From a virus (Duplodnaviria > Caudoviricetes), in the IMG/VR virus record IMGVR_UViG_3300037243_000031, positions 1 through 44,936 of that record: 44,936 nt of DNA. The stretch is one strand, 5' to 3'. Both the position numbers and the translations under genes were made by a program. The notes below the pieces were generated by a model. It was not told where the DNA came from. It did no database searches and saw only the letters and a list, made by a program, of their open reading frames with translations. This document shows, one piece after another, positions 8,183 to 16,411 of the stretch. Position 1 is the stretch's first letter, and each line of letters starts with the position of its first letter.

Positions 8183-10145
8183 GGAAATCGTCAGAATCGT
8201 CAACGCTATAGCAGTCAAGGCTTTGCTTGATTGCACCCATCTGCTCCAACCTCAGCAAAACCACAGCCATGTTTTTTTTCTGTTTTCCGGGGTACTTGTC
8301 AAGCAAAACTTCAAAAATCTTATCCTGGTGGACTTTTCCTGTGCTGGAATCGTGTGCAAGATCCTCCACGATCGCCAAAACTTCGCGGCTCAAATCGTAT
8401 CTTGAGTCGCTCAGGTTAGCCAATTTCGCGGGGCGCTTGCCGCTCTTTTCGACATCCTTCTTGATCGGTTCCACGACGCATGTCGTTACTTCGTCACCCT
8501 CGTCATCGTGACCGACAACGACGCGTTTCAGCACGAAGCTAAAACTGGCGCCCGTAGCGTCGTCTCGCGACTTGGAAAGCACAGCGCCGTGCTCCTTGTC
8601 GTTCTTGAACACTTCCATCACGAAATCAGCGCCCGCAAAGAGAGCTGACGAGCCCCGCATGCCTTTGCCGTCTTCCTTACCTGTGTGGTGGACGGCCAGG
8701 ACCATCGCGCCCGTCGTCTCGCTGAGTTCCTTGCAGGCAGCGAGGAACATGCCCATGTCCTTCGCGCTGTTCTCATCTCCTGAATGGCTAGCGGCCATTG
8801 TGTCTAGGATAACCAGGCCGGCTCGCCCGATCGCGGCTGCCAACTGCTGCGTGTCCGAGGAAAGCAGGTTTGGCGCACTCGCGATGATGTCGGGGCGCGC
8901 GCCTTCGGCACAGACGTACTGGTCGTAGGCGTCCATGCGCTTCTTGACGCCTTCGCGGGCCTCAGCCGCCACGTACACGACTCGGCAGTCTGAGACCTTG
9001 CGCCCGCGCCACTGGCCGCCACGCGCGATCGTCGCGGCAAGGTCTAGCACGAAGAACGTCTTGCCGGACCCCGACTGGCCGTAGAGAATGCCGACCTCGG
9101 CCTGCGGCAGCACGCCCTTAACGATCCACGGCGTGCTGAGGTAGTTCTGTTTGTAGTCGCCCCAAGCGTGAACTGCAAAAGGGTTATCTGAGGTCGCGCG
9201 CGGCTTGTGCTCGGCGGGCTTCTCGCCCTTCAGCAAACTGCGAAGCGTGACCTGCCGGCCTGTATAGCGCCCAAGCGAGTTCCACGTGAGATCAAACTTG
9301 GCGTCGGTGTGCTTGTGCGCTTCGGTTGACCAAGCGCGCGCCACGTCCTCGCCTTCTTCGCCGAGCTCGTGATGCACGGCCGCCAACACCTGGAACCAAT
9401 GGTCGTAATCGGCCTCGGCATTCGGATGGCGCGCAAGTAGTGCGCGTACTTCCTCTACGCCCTTGCCTACCGGCTCTACGTGCGCGGCAAACGGGTCATC
9501 TCCTGCCGGAGATCGATCATCTCTTGCTGCAACTTCGCCCTTCTTTGACCAACGCCCAGATGCAACCATTCTTCCCGCAAGTACTTCGAATGCGTCAACA
9601 ACCCGTTGAGCATCTGATCGGGTGAGCAGCGGTAGGGCGGATCGGTCAGATCCTCGCAAACCCACGCCGCTAACCCCATCGAACCACTCATAGGGCTTTC
9701 CCGTCTCGGGGTGCACGTGGTAAGCGACCCATTGCTGCCCGTCACCGAGGATTTCGACTTTGTGATCATTTTCGCCGTCCGTATAAACACTGGAAGTCAG
9801 TTTCTTGAAAGGATCGTCAGACCGGAAAGGAATCAGGAACTTAGGCGCCCGACCTGTGCGCGTCATTAGCGCCTGGCCTGCGAAGATCTCATCGATCAGA
9901 TCCGACATTTCCTGCGCCGCGACTTCGTCCAGAATATCCACGTCGATTGCAGGCGTGTAGCGGGCCAGCACGCCGATGCCAGCGTCCGCCGAACCGTTAG
10001 CAGCCATCTTATGAAAGGTCGGCTTGTCGAGCTTCAGGTTCGGCCAGCCTTTGATGCGCGGCCCCTTGCTGCCCGGCGGCAGAGGAACGATCAGGTACCC
10101 TTGGTCGAGCAACTGCTCGCCGAGGTTTTTGAAGTATTGGGTCAT
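8175..10145 (-). CDS. bifunctional primase-polymerase / PriCT-2 / AAA_25 (RepA-like) helicase
   Basis: Prim-Pol N-terminus (IVPLPPGSKGP, AIDVD), PriCT-2 (DYDHWFQVLAAVHHELG), Walker A GQSGSGKT, VILDT, VHHTGK...RGSSAL. Confidence 0.92.
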   Translation of the reverse strand: MTQYFKNLGEQLLDQGYLIVPLPPGSKGPRIKGWPNLKLDKPTFHKMAANGSADAGIGVLARYTPAIDVDILDEVAAQEMSDLIDEIFAGQALMTRTGRAPKFLIPFRSDDPFKKLTSSVYTDGENDHKVEILGDGQQWVAYHVHPETGKPYEWFDGVSGVGLRGSDRSALPLLTRSDAQRVVDAFEVLAGRMVASGRWSKKGEVAARDDRSPAGDDPFAAHVEPVGKGVEEVRALLARHPNAEADYDHWFQVLAAVHHELGEEGEDVARAWSTEAHKHTDAKFDLTWNSLGRYTGRQVTLRSLLKGEKPAEHKPRATSDNPFAVHAWGDYKQNYLSTPWIVKGVLPQAEVGILYGQSGSGKTFFVLDLAATIARGGQWRGRKVSDCRVVYVAAEAREGVKKRMDAYDQYVCAEGARPDIIASAPNLLSSDTQQLAAAIGRAGLVILDTMAASHSGDENSAKDMGMFLAACKELSETTGAMVLAVHHTGKEDGKGMRGSSALFAGADFVMEVFKNDKEHGAVLSKSRDDATGASFSFVLKRVVVGHDDEGDEVTTCVVEPIKKDVEKSGKRPAKLANLSDSRYDLSREVLAIVEDLAHDSSTGKVHQDKIFEVLLDKYPGKQKKNMAVVLLRLEQMGAIKQSLDCYSVDDSDDFLG

Positions 10146-11323
10146 ATCAGGTCGTAAGCCTCGATTGCTTCGGCAGCGGATCGGATGAAGATTTCCGCCT
10201 GAGAAGCGTTGATCGCGTTTCCGTAGGCGCGCAGTCGTCCCACTCTTGAGGTAGCGCCATGAGCCAGCGGGAATGTGCCGGGTTCAATTGGCCGCCACTT
10301 TCCGTCCCGGCAGAGGAGCCAGTCAGCATCTCGCCAGTAACCGTTAGTCGGGCAGGCTGATTCGATACGCTCAATTCGACCGTCTTGCGCGAACTGTCCG
10401 TGTTTCCCGCTGCGTTGTAGCCCTTCTGTGCCGGGGTGCCCGCCATCGGCGTAGGCCATCCAGCCAGCATCTCGCCAGAAACCGTTAATCGGGCCGGCTG
10501 CGACAGTTCCTCCGGGACGAGTAGTTGAGCCGCGTCGTCCAGGTTTCGTTTCCCCTGGCCATACCTCTTCAGCGCAGTCTGCGGTGTTGCCGTGCGGCCG
10601 TTCGGATCGCCGTCCCGAGCCTGAGGAGTCGGCCACGAGGCAAGCCAAGCCACTCGGCCCAGTAGTGCGTTGAGCGGGACGTTCTGACACTCGCTGCCAT
10701 CCTTGCGGTCGCGCGTCGTCGGTGTTGACCACGCCGCCAAGAACACCGTATCTTCGAGCCGGCTCTTGCGGTCGAATGCACGCTCCGGATTGCCCGTTGC
10801 GTGCCCGGCCTCGACCGATCGAGGCGTCGGCCACGAAGAAAGTTCGGTCCCGGATGTGCGGGGCACCGATGCCCGCAGACGGGAAAGCGATCGCCCCGAA
10901 GGCAAAACCCAAGCCTTCCAGGTCAGTCGAAACAAGGTCGAGCCAAGGCTCTGCGTCCTTGCTTGCAACCTGTTCACCAAAGACCACTGGAGGCTTTCGC
11001 TGAGAGATAAGCCAGTGCCAAGCGGGCCATAAGTGCCGCTCGTCAGCAAACCCCGCTCCTTTGCCTGCCGCGCTGAAAGGCTGGCAGGGGCAACTGCCGG
11101 TCCAGACGGGCCGGTCGTCGGGCCATCCGGCGTTGCGCAAAGCGTAGGACCAGACGCCGATTCCGGCGAAGAAGTGGCATTGGGTGAACTCCGAAAGATC
11201 GGAAGGGCAGACATCCTCGATACTCCTCTCGTCAACCACGCCGGGGGCAATGTGACCGGCTTTTATTAGATTTCGCAGCCACTCGGCGGCGTAGGGGTCG
11301 ATCTCGTTATAGTAGGCGGCCAC
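10142..11323 (-). CDS. C5 cytosine DNA methyltransferase, catalytic (alpha-like) chain
   Basis: FFAGIG (I), GSCPCQPFS (IV), GEQV (VI), PHIRDR (VIII), RAYGNAI (X); no motif IX. GTG start overlaps the AlpA-like stop. Confidence 0.92.
   Translation of the reverse strand: MAAYYNEIDPYAAEWLRNLIKAGHIAPGVVDERSIEDVCPSDLSEFTQCHFFAGIGVWSYALRNAGWPDDRPVWTGSCPCQPFSAAGKGAGFADERHLWPAWHWLISQRKPPVVFGEQVASKDAEPWLDLVSTDLEGLGFAFGAIAFPSAGIGAPHIRDRTFFVADASIGRGRARNGQSGACIRPQEPARRYGVLGGVVNTDDARPQGWQRVSERPAQRTTGPSGLACLVADSSGSGRRSERPHGNTADCAEEVWPGETKPGRRGSTTRPGGTVAAGPINGFWRDAGWMAYADGGHPGTEGLQRSGKHGQFAQDGRIERIESACPTNGYWRDADWLLCRDGKWRPIEPGTFPLAHGATSRVGRLRAYGNAINASQAEIFIRSAAEAIEAYDLI
10147..11214 (-). CDS. nested alternative-frame methyltransferase beta-like chain with motif IX and four W(P/S)TP modules
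   Basis: 355 open codons inside the MTase gene; AGGAG 8 nt before ATG 11214; [18 protein letters not shown] resembles motif IX. Confidence 0.78.
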   Translation of the reverse strand: MSALPIFRSSPNATSSPESASGPTLCATPDGPTTGPSGPAVAPASLSARQAKERGLLTSGTYGPLGTGLSLSESLQWSLVNRLQARTQSLGSTLFRLTWKAWVLPSGRSLSRLRASVPRTSGTELSSWPTPRSVEAGHATGNPERAFDRKSRLEDTVFLAAWSTPTTRDRKDGSECQNVPLNALLGRVAWLASWPTPQARDGDPNGRTATPQTALKRYGQGKRNLDDAAQLLVPEELSQPARLTVSGEMLAGWPTPMAGTPAQKGYNAAGNTDSSRKTVELSVSNQPARLTVTGEMLTGSSAGTESGGQLNPAHSRWLMALPQEWDDCAPTETRSTLLRRKSSSDPLPKQSRLTT

Positions 11324-11493
11324 TAAGCCTCCGCTTTCTTCGATTCGATATAGGCAAGAATTTCCTGCATCTCCCAAAACACCTTGCCGCCAATCTTGAT
11401 CGGCTTGGGGAAATCGGGTTCGGCCATGCGTAGGTATAAGGTGGAGCGGGCGACGGGTATAAGCGCCAGAACATCGGCGACGGGTATAAGCAC
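11323..11493 (-). CDS. AlpA/excisionase-like winged-helix protein
   Basis: MLIPVADVLALIPVARSTLYLRMAEPDFPKPIKIGGKVFWEMQEILAYI; GAGGAG RBS; 56 aa, not in the ORF track. Confidence 0.85.
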   Translation of the reverse strand: MLIPVADVLALIPVARSTLYLRMAEPDFPKPIKIGGKVFWEMQEILAYIESKKAEA

Positions 11494-11559
11494 GGTAATC
11501 TCCTCTGGGTTGTCCTAAACTGTCCGAGCATCCTACACGCTACAAACCAAGCGCGCAAG

Positions 11560-11584
11560 AAAAAAGCCCGCTGGGAAAGCGGGC
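11560..11584 (-). terminator. intrinsic terminator
   Basis: GCCCGC-7-GCGGGC then T6 on the minus strand. Confidence 0.75.
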
Positions 11585-11619
11585 CGAAAGTCAAACACGA
11601 GGAGATTGCGGTTAGTGTA

Positions 11620-12033
11620 TCACGCCGCACTATCAGGGGCTTGTGCTCTTGTCGAGGTGTCGTGGGTGGTGTAGAGGGGTTCGTATTTTCTGCCATAGCG
11701 CCCAACCCATTCAATATCCTGCTCTGTCGGAGCTTCTTCGCGATAGGCGTACCCACCTTCGCCGTCGAACATTCGCCACGCCACCGGCTCCGCAACGGAT
11801 ACAGGGGCGAGGGAGCGGGCTTGTCCTGCGCCAGCAGTGATCATCTGGCGCTCGAACTCGCTTGCGAGCCTGCATGACGCGAACACCACCGTGACGCTGA
11901 AATCGCTATCGCGTTTTACCCAGCGCGGCTTCGCTGCACCACCTGGCGAGTCGTCACGGGCGGTGGCGCGGTCGGCTGCGATGACGGCGCGAGCTGCTGT
12001 GGGGGTTTGGGCCATTGCGTCCTCGTAATTCAT
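11620..12033 (-). CDS. hypothetical protein
   Basis: GAGGAG RBS; contains the AEPVAW...EPLY motif common in phage early proteins. Confidence 0.7.
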   Translation of the reverse strand: MNYEDAMAQTPTAARAVIAADRATARDDSPGGAAKPRWVKRDSDFSVTVVFASCRLASEFERQMITAGAGQARSLAPVSVAEPVAWRMFDGEGGYAYREEAPTEQDIEWVGRYGRKYEPLYTTHDTSTRAQAPDSAA

Positions 12034-12035
12034 CT

Positions 12036-12368
12036 CTATCTCCTCGTACTCATAGCGAGTGCCGCATGGCTGCGCAGCGTCTTGTCATAACCAATCAGGT
12101 CTTCGGTCAGCCGCAAGTTCTGATAGGGCGGCTGAACCTTGTGCTCGGCCAGTTTGAACGCGCTGCCTGGGTAGCGCTCGCCGCACGCTTGCAGCTTGCC
12201 AGCGTCCTCAAGCTCGCGCAGCCAGCGGCGCATTTCCTGCGTTGTAACGCCGAAATCTTCAGCGAGCTTGAACACAATATAGGCAACGCCCGGTTTCATT
12301 TTCGAAAGCACGCCTTCGCCGATGGCAGGCGTCAAGTAGAGTTTGCGTTTAGTCATGACCGTTGTCAT
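12036..12368 (-). CDS. putative winged-HTH protein
   Basis: LAEDFGVTTQEMRRWLRELEDAGKL. Confidence 0.55.
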   Translation of the reverse strand: MTTVMTKRKLYLTPAIGEGVLSKMKPGVAYIVFKLAEDFGVTTQEMRRWLRELEDAGKLQACGERYPGSAFKLAEHKVQPPYQNLRLTEDLIGYDKTLRSHAALAMSTRR

Positions 12369-12519
12369 CCCGGTGCATTTGACGAAGCGTTCCCGCGCGC
12401 TGTTCCTGCTTCTCCAATTCGTTAATAGCTTCAGTAATCAGCGCAGCCAAGTTGCCAAGCCCGCGCTGGTCGCAGTCGATAGCGGCGTTCGTGAGCCGCA
12501 GTATGAGATAGTGGTTCAC
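12349..12519 (-). CDS. hypothetical protein
   Basis: GTG 12519 with GGGAG RBS, overlapping the upstream stop. Confidence 0.5.
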   Translation of the reverse strand: MNHYLILRLTNAAIDCDQRGLGNLAALITEAINELEKQEQRAGTLRQMHRDDNGHD

Positions 12520-12662
12520 AGCCGGTAGTCTCCCAAAAGTTTCCAGCGGGCGTAGGCTTCCTTCGGCGTGACGCCGGAGCGCCCGTTGCACCCCCAAGCG
12601 TAGCAACTGAAATAACCTACAACAGTGTCCAGCACGAAGATCCGTTTGATACGAGGTTTCAT
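12516..12662 (-). CDS. 48-aa hypothetical protein
   Basis: MKPRIKRIFV...GVTPKEAYARWK; ATGA and GTGA couplings. Confidence 0.55.
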   Translation of the reverse strand: MKPRIKRIFVLDTVVGYFSCYAWGCNGRSGVTPKEAYARWKLLGDYRL

Positions 12663-12943
12663 TCGCAATCCTTATAGAATTTACAACCTGCACACACAGA
12701 AGACAAATCGCCCTGGCGAACTTCCGGGAGTGGCGCGTGACGTTTGCGCTTGCCAATTGCCGTTAGCGCCTTGGTGATGCGAATCGCTAACTCCGAACTG
12801 GCAACGAACGGTTTGCCGTTCGCACGCACGCCATAGTCCAACTGGTAGAGCGTAGACAGCGAGGTGCGCGCCTTGATCGCAAGTTCTTTCTTCTCTCCGA
12901 TCGTAGATTCTTTCATCCACTGTTTGTAGTTCGAGATTGTCAT
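12659..12943 (-). CDS. Cro-like HTH regulator with C-terminal Cys cluster
   Basis: KKELAIKARTSLSTLYQL HTH; CAGC...C; TAATG coupling. Confidence 0.6.
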   Translation of the reverse strand: MTISNYKQWMKESTIGEKKELAIKARTSLSTLYQLDYGVRANGKPFVASSELAIRITKALTAIGKRKRHAPLPEVRQGDLSSVCAGCKFYKDCE

Positions 12944-13461
12944 TAGGCCGCCTGCGGTGCCGCGCGGAGCAACTCCAGAAGCGTTTTTGCTTCCCACTCA
13001 TAGTGCACCGCCGACTCCGCCGACTCCGCCGACCCCTTAATTTCAAGCTCGCAATACGCCATTACCTGTTCGATAGCGGCGACGCACTGAACTGCATACG
13101 CTTCTTTGTTCAATAAGAGCCGGTCACGCGCCCGTGTGTGCCGCTGAAAAGCTAACTGCCAGCGGACTTTGTCAACGTCAGCGCCAGCCGGCACCGCTTC
13201 CAAAAAATCAACCGCGAACTGCTGTGCTTTTTTCAGAGGCAGACCCTCGAAGACACGGTCTTCCAGATGCGCGAGCCACTGCGGCAAGCCGAGTTCATTT
13301 TCGTATGCCGAGTGATCGTACTTGTTCAGCGTGCAGCCAACCGCGCAGCCGTGACCGTCATTGAAGCCTGCCCCTTGAATAATCTCGTCCGCCTCGTGAT
13401 GCGCCTTCAGACGCGCTAAGTACTTCTCTTTTACTGCTGGGTCGCCGTGAAACGCTTTCAT
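12943..13461 (-). CDS. conserved hypothetical phage protein
   Basis: MKAFHGDPAVKEKY..., GCAVGC, short SAESAESA repeat; AAGGAG RBS. Confidence 0.75.
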   Translation of the reverse strand: MKAFHGDPAVKEKYLARLKAHHEADEIIQGAGFNDGHGCAVGCTLNKYDHSAYENELGLPQWLAHLEDRVFEGLPLKKAQQFAVDFLEAVPAGADVDKVRWQLAFQRHTRARDRLLLNKEAYAVQCVAAIEQVMAYCELEIKGSAESAESAVHYEWEAKTLLELLRAAPQAA

Positions 13462-13491
13462 GTTTTCTCCTTGTGTTGAGTAAGTGAACGA

Positions 13492-13521
13492 ACTATAGCA
13501 GATGCGAAATATAAAGCGCAA
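13492..13521 (-). promoter_or_regulatory. promoter, repeated cassette copy 2 (leftward operon)
   Basis: TTGCGC-18-TATAGT with TTTCGCATCTGC. Confidence 0.7.
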
Positions 13522-13534
13522 GTGAAAAATGTTC

Positions 13535-13564
13535 TTGACAGACCGATTCGCGCTGCCTTAAATT
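13535..13564 (+). promoter_or_regulatory. rightward promoter of the replication operon
   Basis: TTGACA-18-TAAATT, back-to-back with the leftward promoter. Confidence 0.55.
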
Positions 13565-13600
13565 TCGTCTTGCCGTAAGTCAACCCAAGGGGAAAACACA

Positions 13601-14059
13601 ATGCTTGAACAACGTATTGAAGAACTGACCGCTGCTGTTAAGGCGCTTACCGAAGCGTTCACGATTGCCAAAGAACAAGGCGCAGCGAAAGCAGTTCAGG
13701 GACCCGAAACCGCAAACGCGACGGGCGAGCAAACGGATTTCTCATCCGAGAAGTTCAACGCCGACGGAACTGTCCGCAGCACACCAAGGTCGGCGAAAGA
13801 AGCGAAGCCCGCCAAGGTCGAGCCGGTTGCTGAAGAAGCCCCAAACGTCTCGCCCACTTCCGAGCCTTCCGAGCCCGAATCCGCGCCGGTCACTTATGAC
13901 GACGTGAAGAAGGCGACCAATGCTTTGTCAGCCGCAAAGGGCCGTGACGTGACTATCGCCACGCTTGCCATGTTCAACGTGCAGAAGGCCACACAGCTGT
14001 TAGAAGCGCAATGGGCTGAGTACGTCGCGTATGCGACGAAGGTGGCTAGTGATGAATAA
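13601..14059 (+). CDS. hypothetical protein (Ala/Glu/Pro-rich linker), typical first gene of APSE-like replication modules
   Basis: Helical N- and C-termini joined by a low-complexity linker; AAGGGG RBS. Confidence 0.75.
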   Translation: MLEQRIEELTAAVKALTEAFTIAKEQGAAKAVQGPETANATGEQTDFSSEKFNADGTVRSTPRSAKEAKPAKVEPVAEEAPNVSPTSEPSEPESAPVTYDDVKKATNALSAAKGRDVTIATLAMFNVQKATQLLEAQWAEYVAYATKVASDE

Positions 14060-14342
14060 ACTCCCTGACGGCTCCGGGTTTTTCACAGCAAGCTTTCCGC
14101 TCCCGAACACGCACTGGCTGTACGCCCCATCGGTAGAAGGCTGGAATGAGGAAAGAGGTTGTTCTATCGAACTCCCCGAACCCATTCTCACGCATGAGCA
14201 ACGGGAAGCTGTGATTACGGCAGTTCGATATGCGGTGCGCGGCGCGACGATGCGGGGCACGCTACCCGATTTTGATCCCGACGCACTGGTCCTAAATGCT
14301 GTTGTCGCGCTGTGCGGATTTTACGGGGGTCTCGATGCCTGA
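14052..14342 (+). CDS. hypothetical protein
   Basis: Fills the gap with short overlaps at both ends. Confidence 0.6.
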   Translation: MNKLPDGSGFFTASFPLPNTHWLYAPSVEGWNEERGCSIELPEPILTHEQREAVITAVRYAVRGATMRGTLPDFDPDALVLNAVVALCGFYGGLDA

Positions 14343-15573
14343 ATACCACGCCATAGCTTCGCCGTCGTCGGCTGAGAAGTGGCTGAACTGCGCCAACTCG
14401 CTAGCTGCTGAGGTCGGGCAGCCCGACACGGCGGGCGCCGCTGCCGATCTCGGAACGGATAAGCACTCGCTGCTGACCGACTGCCTAACGTTCGGCACTG
14501 ACGCTTCGATCTATCTCGGCCGCATTATGGGTAAAGGCAACAAGGTTAGCGCCGAGTTCGCCGCCGACGTGCAAAACGTAGTTGATAACGTTCGAGCCCG
14601 GACCAAGAACTACGAAAATCTCGGATACCGGGTCGAGATGGATCTTGAACAGGACGTACCAATCGGCTGGATCACGGGCGAGGAAGGTGCGACTGGCCGT
14701 GCGGATGTTGTGCTCCGCATTTACCCGCCTAAGCGCCTACCGTGGGCTGAGGTAATTGACGCTAAATTCGGCTACGGAGAGGTAAAGGCTGAAAACAATC
14801 CGCAGCTAAAGTTGTACGGGGCTGGTGTCGTCGAGAAGTACTCGCTGACTGACGAATTCGATTCGGTAGGTTTCATCATCGAACAGCCGGCGCGGAGCAA
14901 GGAATCAATCGACGGCGGAAACATGACTGTCGATGACTTGATGTACTGGGTCACCAACACCGCGACGCCCGCCGCCCGCAAAGCGCTAATGATCCGCAGC
15001 ATGGCTGGCGAACGCGCGCTGAAGATGGAGGACTTCAGGGTGACGGAGAAAGGTTGCCAGTGGTGTAAGGCGGCTGCTGTTTGCCCTGCGCGTATCGCGC
15101 ATGTCGAGAAAGTCGTTGGTGAAGAGTTCGATGCGGAGGAGTACCTGCCGGTCCCGGCCCAGGAACTTCTGATCAAAGATCTAGGCGCGAAGTTCGAACA
15201 CCTGGAGATCATCGAAGACTGGATCAAGGCAGTCCGCGCACGCATCGAATTCGAACTACTGGCCGGCAAGTCGATTCCAGGCGTCAAACTAGTGGCCGGC
15301 AAGAAGGGTAACCGCCAGTGGGCGTCCGATGAGGAAGCCGAAGCGATGCTCAAGAAGTTCAGGGTCAAGCAAGACGAGATGTACAGCTTCAAACTGCTAG
15401 GACCGAAGCCGATCCTGGAAATGATGAAGTCGCGGCCACGTAATTTGAAGCACATCGAAGCGTTGGTGGTGCAACCAGACGGCAAGCCGCACGTAGCACT
15501 CGAATCGGACAAACGTCCGGCTCTCGAAATTAAACCTGTCGAAGATGGCTTCGACGCGGAGGATTTATGCTGA
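14335..15573 (+). CDS. DUF2800 family Cas4-like/PD-(D/E)xK exonuclease
   Basis: HAIASPSSAEKWLNC, GRADV, VIDAKFG, NPQLKLYG, CQWCKAAAVCP. Confidence 0.88.
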   Translation: MPEYHAIASPSSAEKWLNCANSLAAEVGQPDTAGAAADLGTDKHSLLTDCLTFGTDASIYLGRIMGKGNKVSAEFAADVQNVVDNVRARTKNYENLGYRVEMDLEQDVPIGWITGEEGATGRADVVLRIYPPKRLPWAEVIDAKFGYGEVKAENNPQLKLYGAGVVEKYSLTDEFDSVGFIIEQPARSKESIDGGNMTVDDLMYWVTNTATPAARKALMIRSMAGERALKMEDFRVTEKGCQWCKAAAVCPARIAHVEKVVGEEFDAEEYLPVPAQELLIKDLGAKFEHLEIIEDWIKAVRARIEFELLAGKSIPGVKLVAGKKGNRQWASDEEAEAMLKKFRVKQDEMYSFKLLGPKPILEMMKSRPRNLKHIEALVVQPDGKPHVALESDKRPALEIKPVEDGFDAEDLC

Positions 15574-15752
15574 GCCCAGAGGAAAGTGCAGCGTACAAGG
15601 AGGGCTACAACCACTGCGCGTTTCGATCGGACTGGGTGAACGCCGTATCCGAGGCTATAGCCATCATCAAACAGCAAAAACTGCTGACCGAGTCGGACTA
15701 CCGTCTTATCGGCAAACTCGAAGCAACCATTTACGCAATCGAAAACTACTAA
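15567..15752 (+). CDS. hypothetical protein
   Basis: GGAGG RBS, 61 aa. Confidence 0.6.
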   Translation: MLSPEESAAYKEGYNHCAFRSDWVNAVSEAIAIIKQQKLLTESDYRLIGKLEATIYAIENY

Positions 15753-15762
15753 GGAATAGATC

Positions 15763-16353
15763 ATGGAACTGATGCTCAAGAACGTACGTATCGCATTTTG
15801 CCAATCCGCGCTCGGCGAAGCCGAAGACTACGAAGGCAATAAGAACTTCCGCCACTCGGCCACGTTCATTGTTGAACCGGGAAGCGACAATGACAAGCTG
15901 ATCCAGGCTGCCATCAAGGCCGAAGCGGCAACGCTTTGGGGCAAGAAGGCTGATGGCATGCTGGAAGACATGAAGGGCAGCAAGACACAGTGGTGCTACC
16001 CGAAGAACAAGAAGGACAAGACCGGCGAAGTGTACGAGGGTTTCGAGGGTATGTTCGCGCTCGGCGCGCACCGCAAGCAGAAAGACGGCAAGCCGCTGCT
16101 TCTTGACAACATCAAAGACCCGGCCACGGGCAAGGCTGCAAAGCTCGCCGGCAACGAGGGCCGACTGTTCGCGGGCTGCATGGTGAACGCCAAGGTTTCG
16201 ATCTACTGCCAGGCGGGTACCAACAGTGGGGTTCGCTGTTCGCTGCTCGGCATCCAGTATGCCGGTCCGGGCGATAGCTTCGGCGGTGCGGGCGTCGTGA
16301 AGGACGATGACTTCGACGCGATTGACGCGCCGGAAGAAGCGGATTTGGCGTAA
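15763..16353 (+). CDS. DUF2815 family ssDNA-binding protein
   Basis: LKNVRIAF, FAGCMVNA, GVRCSLLGIQY..GDSFG, acidic tail. Confidence 0.88.
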   Translation: MELMLKNVRIAFCQSALGEAEDYEGNKNFRHSATFIVEPGSDNDKLIQAAIKAEAATLWGKKADGMLEDMKGSKTQWCYPKNKKDKTGEVYEGFEGMFALGAHRKQKDGKPLLLDNIKDPATGKAAKLAGNEGRLFAGCMVNAKVSIYCQAGTNSGVRCSLLGIQYAGPGDSFGGAGVVKDDDFDAIDAPEEADLA

Positions 16354-16411
16354 GCATCAACCGGTCGCCGGCTACCGGAATCAGAAAGCCGGCAATAACA
16401 AAGGGGAAGAG

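Noticed and set aside
10142-11323. Diversity-generating retroelement or frameshift error explaining the MTase repeats and two frames
   Set aside because: No reverse transcriptase is visible, the repeat differences are not adenine-specific, and both frames are independently full length.
14335-15573. cas4 as part of a CRISPR system
   Set aside because: It is the DUF2800 exonuclease standard in this replication module; no array or other cas genes are visible.
16361-16393. Hairpin GCCGGCT...AGCCGGC before polA
   Set aside because: Short GC-rich stem with a long loop and no U tract; could be chance.
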